A DNA stretch of 64,000 nucleotides, taken from Bacteroidaceae bacterium. GTDB taxonomy: Bacteria; Bacteroidota; Bacteroidia; Bacteroidales; Bacteroidaceae. This document shows positions 1 to 9,141 of this stretch, piece by piece. Location: the NCBI GenBank assembly GCA_024697945.1, contig JAILRU010000016.1, positions 4,588 through 68,587 of the forward strand. The letters run 5' to 3'. Both the position numbers and the translations under genes were made by a program. Position 1 is the stretch's first letter, and each line of letters opens with the position of its first letter. Under the pieces are notes generated by a model. The model worked only from the letters and a program-made list of their open reading frames with translations. It did no database searches and was not told the DNA's origin.

Positions 1-324
1 TTGTTTTTCGGCGAGATTCGTACTTGCCAAGTCAATAACCAAATCATGTTCGTGGGCAGCGATGTTGCCAATGCCTTAGGATACAGCAATCCTCATAAGG
101 CTGTGCGCGACCACATAGATGACGAAGACAAGCTGACCGAACGATTCGTTCAGTCAGGTCAGAAAAGAAACGTTATCATCATCAACGAGTCTGGCCTCTA
201 CGCCCTCATTCTCTCCTCCAAGCTTCCGCAGGCGAAGGCCTTCAATCGCCAGGTAACGGTGTTTTTGCTTTTTCCAGTTTTTTTCTTTATTTCAATCTGT
301 AAGCAAACAGGGATGTGCAAGTGA
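1..324 (+). pseudogene. BRO-N (phage antirepressor N-terminal) domain gene fragment; 5' end outside window, C-terminal part missing
   Basis: Translation ..FVGSDVANALGYSNPHKAVRDHIDDEDK..INESGLYALILSSKLPQAKAFNRQVT follows the BRO-N pattern. Right after ..VT it degenerates into VFLLFPVFFFISICK and stops. Confidence 0.55.
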
Positions 325-1064
325 GCTGTTTTGGGGTGGAATAAGGTGTTTTTTGAACTAACTTTTTGGGGGCGGAAAATGCCGTTTTTGGCGAAAAATG
401 CACCAAAATACCCCCTCGGAGGGTGAAAAAACGGTACAAAAGTACGAATTTTTGGTACAGTCTTTAAAATTTCGGTACAAAAATGTTAAATTTCGGTAGA
501 ATTTTTGAAAATGCATTTAATGATAAATTTTTCCCATTTAATGATAACAACTATTCGGGCAAAAGTACGTAAATTTGACGCGGCAAAATTTATAAAAATG
601 TAGAATGGAACAATTCCGCGACTACAATCGCGACTTGGTGCTGAAGCATCCAAGAAGTAAAAATGGGAGTAAAGCGCTACGCGCAGGACAATACCTGTGG
701 CAGCTGCCAAGACTGTCGTCCATGAGCAAGATGATGATGACACAACCATCCCATAGTAACTTCCAGCTACCCCCCCCCTCAACAGCTTCATAATCAGCTT
801 GTTGGCGGCTTTCTGCCGTTCAAATTCCCTTTAATTCCGTTTTTGGGGCTTTCATTGGCCTTGCCTTTGCGTGCACTATCGAAAGGAGGTGAGCAGATGA
901 AGTGTCTTCGCTCGGTTAGTGAGCGAAGACGCTTTAGCGTCATGCATGTGCAAAACAACAAATAATTGAAACAACGAAATAAAACAAATTAATTAACCTT
1001 AAAAACTTTAAAATTTCAAACAAACCAATTAACCTTAATTATTAACAAAAAAAAACAAACAAAC

Positions 1065-4000
1065 ATGAAGAAAAAGTTACTTCTGCTCTTGTGCCTGATA
1101 GTGACGGCAGGGAGCACCAGTGCCCAAAATGGCACGTGCAAGAACGGAACATGGAAGATTGACGACAACAAACTGACCGTTGACGTCAATGGTAAAATGG
1201 CCAACTACAAGGTTGTAGATGAAGGTACTAATGCACCATGGTATCAATACCGCGAAAATTTTAAGTCCATCCACATTTCATCCAATACCAAGACCATCGG
1301 AGAACGGGCTTTTTCGCTTTTATATATCAGTCGTGTAGTATCTGGAGGCGAGAATGTAGAACTCATCAAAGATTACGGTTTTAGTTCTTTTGATAATGTG
1401 AAAGTCCGTTTTCCTAAGGTCAAGGAAGTAGAGGAGCATGGCATCAGAGCAGGTTTTATCACTTTGCCGGTTGTGGAAACATTAGGCGAATATGCTTTAT
1501 CAAATTGTTCATATATTGACCTTGGCAGCAAAATCAAGACTTTGCAGCCGGGTTGCATGATATCAGAATCCCTGTGGAAAAGCGACGGCAGACCTTCCGT
1601 GTTCATGAGCAATCCCACACCTCCCGAATATACAATACGACACGACAGACCTTGGTATGAGGATATTGCTAATTTTTTCGGGAATGGTATAGGTGGTTTA
1701 GTTCAAGACCGGTTCTTTGAGTGCGATTTCCCTTTCGGCGACCAACCCAAAGACAATCCAGACGCGGGTATTATCATTGTTATTCCCGAGCAGTACTATG
1801 ATAACTATTTATCTCATTACAATACTCCCGGAGAGCCATATCATATGATACCAACGTGGAGCGATTATATGGCCGCGTACTATGTCAATAAAAACGACCA
1901 TACAGGTTGGTACGCAGAAACCAAGCCTTGTGGTAGAATGGAGAGAGGCGAACCCATCTACAATTCTTCTGATGAGTTCATAGGCTGGTGGTATTATTCC
2001 TGGGACATTAACAAAGGTGCTCCTGAAGATCTTCACGTCGGCTTCGTCGATGGCAAGGCGGTAAAGTATATGAGTTCCAATGTCGTCCCCTGGAAGAGTA
2101 TTCTTGGCAAGGTAACAACCATGTATCTGCATGGCGATGGCGATGAGGTCTTCACCATTCCTAGCGAGTGCTTTAAGGACGGTAAGGGTCTACAAGGCAT
2201 CAAGACCCTCTATTTAGAAAGTGCGACGGGCTTTGACATTGGCGAAGGAGCCTTTGAGGGTTGCACTGGCTTGAACATTGTGTCTGCCAACGACCATGAG
2301 GTTACTGTCGGTGCAAACGCCTTCAAGGGCTGCACGGCACTGTCTTCTGTTAAGGCATCGAAACTCACTGTTGGCGAAAATGCATTCAGCGGCTGCGCGG
2401 CACTTACCTCTGTTTCTGCGGATGTTGCCTTCGACGGACCCTCCGCCTTCCAGGGTTGCAATTTGGCGAACAGTAGGAACTTGAAGATTAAAGGCAGTAG
2501 CATTCCCGACTACACATTCAAAGGCAGCTCGATTTATAATGTTGACCTCAAGTATATAAAGAACATCGGCAAGGAGGCATTCTACGGCACGGGCATTAAG
2601 GATGTGAACTTGTCCAATTTCAAACAGTTGGGGGACCAGGCTTTTGCTAACAGCAAGGTGAAGACGCTGACGTTGGGAAATCAGACTCCCACAATCGGCA
2701 GCAAGGTATTCATGAACTGTACTAGTTTGACCGACATATATGTCACCGCAAACATCCCTGCCAACACCTATCCTTCGGATATGTTCGACGGTGTGAAGGT
2801 CGAGAACATTACCCTGCACGCCTCGCCCGAAGACTATGCCAACGGCTACGAAGGACACCCCGTCTGGGGCAAGATGATCGTCGATAAGCAGTTCACCTTC
2901 CCTGTGACAGGCTATTTCGCCGGTTACCCCTGGTCGCTGTCGTCCGACGGCGTCCTGAAGCTTGGTTGCAGTGACCAAAGCTGGGTCAGTGAATATAATG
3001 AAGGGGAATTGCCTTGGTCTCTCTATAGTGACTACATTACGGATGTTGTCATCGAAGACGGGTCTATCACCATCGACAAGAATGTGTTTGCAGGCTTGAA
3101 GAACCTGGTGAATGTCAGCATACCGCGCACCGTCAGGAATATCGGCGACAATGCCTTCAGGGGCTGTACCTCGCTGAAGAATGTCTATATCACCCGCGTA
3201 GAGACTCTGGGCAACAGCGTGTTCGAGGATTGTTCGTCGCTCGAGACCATCGAGCTTGGCGTGACGCTGAAGAGTGCTGGCGACTATGTCTTCCGCAACT
3301 GCAAAAACCTGATCTATATCGACAATATTACCGATACGCCTGCGAAGGTGACCGACCTGACCTTCAAGGACATCAAGAGCAGCGTCTATAACCAGCGCCG
3401 CAATGCACCAGCGAAGGTATCGGAAGAGGATGCAGCACAGTACAGCGTGACGCTGAAGATACCCGATGCCTACGTGACGAAGTACATGATGGACACCAAC
3501 TGGGGCAAGTTCCATATCCCATACGCCGACGACCGCGGCACATGGAAGAAGTGCGGCCAATTCGGCGACGGCATGTGGATTCTCTATGACGACGGCACGC
3601 TGCTCATCGCTGCTGACCAGGGACCTGGCGACAACTATGATGCAAGCCAGCCAAGCGTACTGGGCTTCAGCACCAGCCTGAACAATCCCGATGACCCCAT
3701 CAACTTCACCAAGGAGATTGAGATTACGGGCAACATCACCCACCTGAGCTGCTGCTTCCAGGACTTCAAGAACCTGGAAAGTGTAACGCTCTGCCCGTCG
3801 GTGAAGTCGCTCAACACCACCTTCATGGGCTGCACCAACCTGACCAACATCAATTTGGAGAACATAGAGACCATCGCTTACCAGACATTCGCAAACACGG
3901 GCCTCACCAGTCTCTCCCTTCCCAATACCAAGTCTATTGGCGAGGCTGCATTCACTGGCTGCACGAAGCTTGTCGCTGTCGCTTTAGGCTCCGGCTGTCA

Positions 4001-6356
4001 GGTAGGAAAGACAGCATTTGGCGGCTGTACGGCTCTTACCACCGTTGGCCTGAATGATGCCAACCTCGACAAAGCTGACAACTGCTTCAACGGTTGCACC
4101 AGCCTGACCAATGTCTATTACAATGGTGCCAACCTGCCACTTACCATCTTCAAGAACTGTAAGAAGCTGGAGAAGGTTGACCTTGGTACAGAAGTGAAGA
4201 CCATCCAGTGGAGCGCCTTCGAAGGTTGCACCGCCCTCAATAATGTATATTGCAACGCTATGACTCCGCCGACACTCGTCAAGGGTACGAAGCACGTCAT
4301 CGACTACTGGGACGGCGACGTGGCTTTCGGTCACGATGAAGATGCCTACGCCTTCGACGGTCTGATGCTCTCCAGCATCAACCTCCTTGTGCCTGCCGAC
4401 CTTATTCCTATATATAAGAAGGAGAATGTCTGGAAGGACATGCACATCGTGGGCGACGAAAGCTACGAAGAGCCGATGTTCCCCGTTGGCGGCAGTTTAG
4501 GCGAAATCGCTTGGTGGCAACTCGACGAAAAGGGCACGCTCACCATTACAGGTGAAGGCGAAATACCTTGGACGGACAATGGTTATGGCTGGTATCACAA
4601 GCTCGACCCGTGGGCATCGTTCACCAAGCACGTTATCTACACTGACGGCATCACCACTATCGCACCTGACATTACAAGCAAAAATACCGATTACAGTACG
4701 GTAGAGACCGTGGAGATTGGTGCCGACGTGACACGTATGAATACTGGCTCTATGCTCTATACCGACCTGACCGACATCTATTGCTTCGCCATCGAACCGC
4801 CGACATTCGGCAACCAAGGTTTTGGCGGATGCTTCAACGTGGAAGCTCTGAAAGCAAAAGGCACAACTCTGCACGTTCCCGACTTCTACGGCACACTGGA
4901 GAAGTACAAGAACAGTACGGGATGGGGATGGTTCATACGCATCGTTGCCGACCTGCCCACACGCAAGCCCGGCACCATCTATGTGGAGAGCCTCGCCCTC
5001 AAGCCCGACGCAAAGCACCTCGCCATCTTGCCCGACGAGCTTGGCAGCTACACCTACCAGATTGAGCCTGTCATCTATCCCGCTTGTGCCGACAACAAGG
5101 TGCTGACATGGACATCGGATGACGAGAGCGTCGCTACCGTCGATGAGAACGGACTTGTCACCATCCTTGCCTATCCCATTGACTACAACATTGTGACCAT
5201 TTCCGCCGTCACCACCGACGGTTCGAACAAGCGGGCAACGTGCGAGTTGTTCATCTACAATCCCGAAGAAGTGCAAGGTGGCATTCCCGCCACAGACCTC
5301 GCCATAAACCGCACCAGCATCACCTTGCTGAAGTCGTCGAAATCGACAGTAAAGGTATCGCTCACACCCGCCAACTCCAACTCGTATGTCTCCACTATGA
5401 TAGAAGGTCAGGGCACAATCGATGTCTTCGAGATGTTTGACCCGATGACTGGTGTCACCCAGAGGAATGTCTTCGAAATCACGCCGAGAGACTTGGGCAC
5501 CTTCGTCATCACCTTCCAAGCAACAGATGTTGATTGGGAACAGGTGAGCGAATACCCGACGGCAGTGCTTACCGTGAACGTCATTGACGACGTCATCTTC
5601 ACGGAGAAGAGCGCGGAAGGTGTGCCCGTGACCTATATCGTTAACAGCCTTGATGAGAACACCTGCTCGCTTTACGGCAAAAGGGAGCAAGAAATTTGGG
5701 TTGACCCCGAGACGGGTATCCCAACATGGGGTGAAGAGACATATTACACAGCCGTTGACACAGAGACAAAGGGCGACGTGACCATTCCTACGAAGGCAGG
5801 CGGCTACTTTGTGGTAGGCGTTAGCAACCTGGCTTTCAGGAACTGCAACAATCTGACGGCAGTCGGCTTCGACGAAGGCATCCAGTTCATCGGCGATCAA
5901 GCCTTCGAAGGCTGCGAATCGCTCCGCGAAGTCTATCTGCCCAGCACCATCCAGGGCTTCGGCATCAACTGCTTTGCTATGCTGAGCGAGTTGGGCGACG
6001 TCTATGTCTTTGGCCAGACACCTCCAGTTGGTGGCTTCGAGTATAACAACTATTGGTATGGAGAGGCAGAGAGCAGCATGGCCTTCGACGGCATCTACAC
6101 CATAGATGAAGAGAAGGGCGCAACGCTCCACGTTCCCGTTGGCTGCCGTGAAGCATGGGACATCTATCCCTGGAACATGTGGTTCAGGAACATCGTAGAA
6201 GATGCAATAGATGGCATTGGAACAATTGACAATGGACAGTTGATAATTGATAATCAGACTGACAGCTGGTACGACCTGAGTGGTCGCAAGCTCGGCAGCA
6301 AGCCCACAAAGTCTGGCCTCTACATCATGAATGGAAAGAAAATCGTGATTAAATAA
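1065..6356 (+). CDS. BspA-type leucine-rich-repeat surface protein with Big_2-like domains and T9SS C-terminal sorting domain (1763 aa)
   Basis: Signal peptide MKKKLLLLLCLIVTAGSTSAQ. Many IGE.AF.GCT.L LRR_5-type units. VATVDENGLVTILA Big_2-like segment. C-terminus WYDLSGRKLGSKPTKSGLYIMNGKKIVIK is a typical T9SS CTD. Confidence 0.85.
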   Translation: MKKKLLLLLCLIVTAGSTSAQNGTCKNGTWKIDDNKLTVDVNGKMANYKVVDEGTNAPWYQYRENFKSIHISSNTKTIGERAFSLLYISRVVSGGENVELIKDYGFSSFDNVKVRFPKVKEVEEHGIRAGFITLPVVETLGEYALSNCSYIDLGSKIKTLQPGCMISESLWKSDGRPSVFMSNPTPPEYTIRHDRPWYEDIANFFGNGIGGLVQDRFFECDFPFGDQPKDNPDAGIIIVIPEQYYDNYLSHYNTPGEPYHMIPTWSDYMAAYYVNKNDHTGWYAETKPCGRMERGEPIYNSSDEFIGWWYYSWDINKGAPEDLHVGFVDGKAVKYMSSNVVPWKSILGKVTTMYLHGDGDEVFTIPSECFKDGKGLQGIKTLYLESATGFDIGEGAFEGCTGLNIVSANDHEVTVGANAFKGCTALSSVKASKLTVGENAFSGCAALTSVSADVAFDGPSAFQGCNLANSRNLKIKGSSIPDYTFKGSSIYNVDLKYIKNIGKEAFYGTGIKDVNLSNFKQLGDQAFANSKVKTLTLGNQTPTIGSKVFMNCTSLTDIYVTANIPANTYPSDMFDGVKVENITLHASPEDYANGYEGHPVWGKMIVDKQFTFPVTGYFAGYPWSLSSDGVLKLGCSDQSWVSEYNEGELPWSLYSDYITDVVIEDGSITIDKNVFAGLKNLVNVSIPRTVRNIGDNAFRGCTSLKNVYITRVETLGNSVFEDCSSLETIELGVTLKSAGDYVFRNCKNLIYIDNITDTPAKVTDLTFKDIKSSVYNQRRNAPAKVSEEDAAQYSVTLKIPDAYVTKYMMDTNWGKFHIPYADDRGTWKKCGQFGDGMWILYDDGTLLIAADQGPGDNYDASQPSVLGFSTSLNNPDDPINFTKEIEITGNITHLSCCFQDFKNLESVTLCPSVKSLNTTFMGCTNLTNINLENIETIAYQTFANTGLTSLSLPNTKSIGEAAFTGCTKLVAVALGSGCQVGKTAFGGCTALTTVGLNDANLDKADNCFNGCTSLTNVYYNGANLPLTIFKNCKKLEKVDLGTEVKTIQWSAFEGCTALNNVYCNAMTPPTLVKGTKHVIDYWDGDVAFGHDEDAYAFDGLMLSSINLLVPADLIPIYKKENVWKDMHIVGDESYEEPMFPVGGSLGEIAWWQLDEKGTLTITGEGEIPWTDNGYGWYHKLDPWASFTKHVIYTDGITTIAPDITSKNTDYSTVETVEIGADVTRMNTGSMLYTDLTDIYCFAIEPPTFGNQGFGGCFNVEALKAKGTTLHVPDFYGTLEKYKNSTGWGWFIRIVADLPTRKPGTIYVESLALKPDAKHLAILPDELGSYTYQIEPVIYPACADNKVLTWTSDDESVATVDENGLVTILAYPIDYNIVTISAVTTDGSNKRATCELFIYNPEEVQGGIPATDLAINRTSITLLKSSKSTVKVSLTPANSNSYVSTMIEGQGTIDVFEMFDPMTGVTQRNVFEITPRDLGTFVITFQATDVDWEQVSEYPTAVLTVNVIDDVIFTEKSAEGVPVTYIVNSLDENTCSLYGKREQEIWVDPETGIPTWGEETYYTAVDTETKGDVTIPTKAGGYFVVGVSNLAFRNCNNLTAVGFDEGIQFIGDQAFEGCESLREVYLPSTIQGFGINCFAMLSELGDVYVFGQTPPVGGFEYNNYWYGEAESSMAFDGIYTIDEEKGATLHVPVGCREAWDIYPWNMWFRNIVEDAIDGIGTIDNGQLIIDNQTDSWYDLSGRKLGSKPTKSGLYIMNGKKIVIK
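6224..6258 (+). repeat. degenerate AATTGAT heptamer run inside the CDS, just before the T9SS CTD
   Basis: aattgac aatggac agttgat aattgat aatcaga encodes IDNGQLIIDNQ directly upstream of WYDLSGRK. Confidence 0.7.
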
Positions 6357-6455
6357 GAACCTCCGTTGATAACGACAATGCTTTCCTAGGGTATTAATTA
6401 ATAATGTTGTTTTAGAGTTAAGGAACACGTTGTCTGCATCGACAAACTAACAGAA

Positions 6456-6491
6456 AATGGGTGTGTCATACGAAATGACGCGCCCATTTTT
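6456..6491 (+). terminator. rho-independent terminator-like hairpin after the LRR gene
   Basis: aatgggtgtgtcat / atgacgcgcccatt stem (G-T wobbles), 5-nt loop, followed by a T run. Confidence 0.6.
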
Positions 6492-6545
6492 CGTAGTATA
6501 TAAAAAGAAAAACGAGCTTTTCTTTGTATTTCTCTCACTTATTCG

Positions 6546-6553
6546 TACCTTTG
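6546..6553 (+). promoter_or_regulatory. Bacteroidota -7 box TAccTTTG upstream of ddh
   Basis: Matches TAnnTTTG; 84 nt upstream of the ATG. Confidence 0.5.
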
Positions 6554-6636
6554 TCACCGATTTCAGGATAAACGCAAGCAAAAAGTAACATAATTCATCA
6601 ATATTTTAACTTTTAACTCTTAAACATTCCTAAGTT

Positions 6637-7536
6637 ATGGACAAATTGAGAATCGCCGTAGTGGGCTACGGAAACATCGGTAAATATGCTCTGCAGGCTT
6701 TGCAGGCTGCTCCAGATATGGAAATAGCAGGCATAGTGCGCCGCAACGGCGCTGCCAACAAACCAGCCGAACTGGCTGACTATGCCGTGGTGAAGGATAT
6801 CAAGGAACTGGGCAAGGTGGACGTCGCCATCCTGGCCACGCCGACACGCTCGGTTGAGGAACACGCCCTGAAATGTCTGGCATTGGGTATCAACACGGTC
6901 GATAGCTTCGACATCCATACCTCCATCCTCGACCTGCGCCGCAGTCTCTCGGCTGCCGCCAAGGAGCATGGGGCTGTAAGCATCATCTCAGCCGGATGGG
7001 ACCCAGGCAGCGACAGCATCGTCCGCACGCTGATGGAGAGCCTCGCGCCCAAGGGCATCACCTATACGAATTTCGGTCCGGGCCGCAGCATGGGACACAG
7101 CGTCTGCGTCCGCAGCAAGGCGGGCGTGAAGGATGCGCTCTCGATGACTATCCCCGTGGGCGAAGGCATCCACCGCCGCATGGTGTATGTGGAACTGGAA
7201 GAGGGTGCGAGTCTGGAAGAGGTGACGAAAGCTATCAAGGCCGACCCCTACTTCGCCAACGACGAGACGCACGTCTTCCAGGTGGAAAGCGTTGATGCAC
7301 TGAACGATGTCGGCCACGGCGTGAACCTGGTCCGCAAGGGTGTGAGCGGTCAGACGCACAACCAGCTCTTCGAGTTCAACATGAAGATTAACAACCCCGC
7401 CCTCACGGCTCAGGTGCTCGTCAATGCGGCCCGTGCCACGATGAAGCAGCAGCCCGGTGCTTATACGATGATTGAGATTCCCGTCATCGACTATCTCCCA
7501 GGCAATAGGGAGGAAATCATTGCACACCTTGTGTAA
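6637..7536 (+). CDS. ddh: meso-diaminopimelate D-dehydrogenase
   Basis: 299 aa. N-terminal Rossmann IAVVGYGNIGK. ISAGWDPG and FGPGRSMGHS motifs typical of Ddh. Confidence 0.9.
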   Translation: MDKLRIAVVGYGNIGKYALQALQAAPDMEIAGIVRRNGAANKPAELADYAVVKDIKELGKVDVAILATPTRSVEEHALKCLALGINTVDSFDIHTSILDLRRSLSAAAKEHGAVSIISAGWDPGSDSIVRTLMESLAPKGITYTNFGPGRSMGHSVCVRSKAGVKDALSMTIPVGEGIHRRMVYVELEEGASLEEVTKAIKADPYFANDETHVFQVESVDALNDVGHGVNLVRKGVSGQTHNQLFEFNMKINNPALTAQVLVNAARATMKQQPGAYTMIEIPVIDYLPGNREEIIAHLV

Positions 7537-7568
7537 TTGATAATTGACAATTGATAATTGATAATTGG
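7534..7568 (+). repeat. tandem heptamer array (TAATTGA)x5 starting on the ddh stop codon
   Basis: taattga taattga caattga taattga taattgg; the first TAA is the ddh stop. Confidence 0.9.
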
Positions 7569-7672
7569 CTCCTTCCGTAAACGGAAGGGGCTTTTTTGTA
7601 CTGTGGAGCTTCACGAAACGGCAAATAAGAACATTTATTTGGCAAAAAAACGCGAATCTCACAAAAAAGCAT

Positions 7673-7680
7673 TATCTTTG
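7673..7680 (+). promoter_or_regulatory. -7 box TAtcTTTG upstream of miaB
   Basis: TAnnTTTG match 29 nt upstream of the start. Confidence 0.55.
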
Positions 7681-7708
7681 CGGCGAAAATGGGATGTTGT
7701 GCCCCTAA

Positions 7709-9085
7709 ATGAAGATGAAGAAACTGCTAATAGAGACTTACGGATGCCAGATGAATGTGGCCGATAGCGAGGTCGTGGCCAGCGTGATGGGCATGGCAGG
7801 CTATGAGGTGACTGAGAACATGGACGAGGCAGACGCTGTCTTCCTGAACACTTGTTCTGTGCGCGATAATGCCGAGCAGAAGATTATTCACCGCTTGGAA
7901 GCGCTGAAAAGTGAAAAGGTTAAAAGGCTAAAAGGCAAAAAAGACGGGGCTGTCAATCCCTTCATCATCGGTGTGCTTGGCTGTATGGCTGAGCGTGTGC
8001 GTGAGCAACTCATCGAGGAATACAACGCGGACATTGTGGTTGGGCCAGATGCTTACTTGTCGCTGCCCGACCTCATCGCACAGGTGGAGTGCGGCCACAA
8101 GGCCATCAACGTGGAACTCTCGACGACAGAGACCTATCGCGACATCATTCCCATGCGCATCTGCGGCCCGCACATCAGCGGTTTCGTCAGCATCATGCGC
8201 GGATGCAACAACTTCTGCCACTACTGCATCGTGCCCTACACAAGGGGACGTGAACGCAGCCGCGACGTGGAGAGCATCCTGCGCGAATGCCGTGACCTGA
8301 GAGAGCATGGCTACAAGGAAGTGACACTGCTGGGGCAGAATGTGAACAGCTGGACCCCCTCTAACTCCCCCGTGAAGGGGGAGAACAAAGGGTGCTTCCC
8401 TGAACTTTTGCGAGCTGTGGCGCGGGAGGTTCCTGAGATGCGGGTTCGGTTTACCACCTCGCACCCTAAGGATATGAGCGACGAGACGCTCCGTGTCATT
8501 GCGGAAGAGCCGAACATCTGCCACCACATTCACTTGCCGGTGCAGAGCGGCAGCAACCGCATCCTGAAGCTCATGAACCGCAAATATACGCGAGAGTGGT
8601 ATCTGGACCGCGTGGATGCCATACGTCGCATCATTCCCGACTGCGCCATCTCGACCGACATCTTCGTAGGCTACTGCAGCGAGACAGAGGAGGACCATCA
8701 GCAAAGCCTCTCCCTCATGCGTGAGGTGGGGTACGACAGCGCCTTCATGTTCAAGTACAGCGAACGCCCGGGCACGTATGCCAGCAAGCATCTGCCCGAT
8801 GATGTGCCCGAGGAAGTGAAGATACGTCGGCTGAACGAAATCATCGCCCTCCAGAACGAGCTCTCCGCAGAAGCCAACCGCCGCTGTATCGGCAAGGAGT
8901 ATGAGGTCCTCATCGAAGGCGTCAGCAAGCGCAGCCGCGAGGAACTCTTCGGCAGAACAGGGCAGAACAAGGTGGTCATCGTGCCGCGTGGCAGCCTCCG
9001 CATCGGACAAACGGTTCCTGTCGTCATCACGGAGAGCAGCAGCGCAACGCTGAAAGGAAAGGGGAAAGCGAAAAATGAAAAGTGA
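7709..9085 (+). CDS. miaB: tRNA-2-methylthio-N6-dimethylallyladenosine synthase (radical SAM methylthiotransferase)
   Basis: LIETYGCQMNVADSE UPF0004 N-domain, radical SAM CNNFCHYC, TRAM-like C-terminus. Start could also be Met3 (7715). Confidence 0.9.
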   Translation: MKMKKLLIETYGCQMNVADSEVVASVMGMAGYEVTENMDEADAVFLNTCSVRDNAEQKIIHRLEALKSEKVKRLKGKKDGAVNPFIIGVLGCMAERVREQLIEEYNADIVVGPDAYLSLPDLIAQVECGHKAINVELSTTETYRDIIPMRICGPHISGFVSIMRGCNNFCHYCIVPYTRGRERSRDVESILRECRDLREHGYKEVTLLGQNVNSWTPSNSPVKGENKGCFPELLRAVAREVPEMRVRFTTSHPKDMSDETLRVIAEEPNICHHIHLPVQSGSNRILKLMNRKYTREWYLDRVDAIRRIIPDCAISTDIFVGYCSETEEDHQQSLSLMREVGYDSAFMFKYSERPGTYASKHLPDDVPEEVKIRRLNEIIALQNELSAEANRRCIGKEYEVLIEGVSKRSREELFGRTGQNKVVIVPRGSLRIGQTVPVVITESSSATLKGKGKAKNEK

Positions 9086-9094
9086 AAAGTGAAG
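9074..9094 (+). repeat. heptamer run AATGAAA AGTGAAA AGTGAAG spanning the miaB stop codon
   Basis: Period-7 units; the TGA of unit 2 (9083-9085) is the miaB stop. Confidence 0.8.
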
Positions 9095-9141
9095 GCTGCG
9101 GAAGCAGTCCCGACGAAGTCAAAAATTAAAAAAAATAAAAA

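Noticed and set aside
605-793. ORFs 486..791(-) and 605..793(+) in the region after the BRO fragment, and 7558..7767(+) upstream of miaB.
   Set aside because: They are short, overlap each other or promoter and repeat DNA, and have no motifs or start context.
2214-6428. Long antisense ORFs inside the 1763-aa LRR gene (2214..3743 and 4497..6428, minus strand).
   Set aside because: They lie entirely within a well-supported plus-strand CDS. Their translations are low-complexity (V/A/G/D/H rich) with no motifs, typical of stop-poor antisense frames in GC-rich coding DNA.
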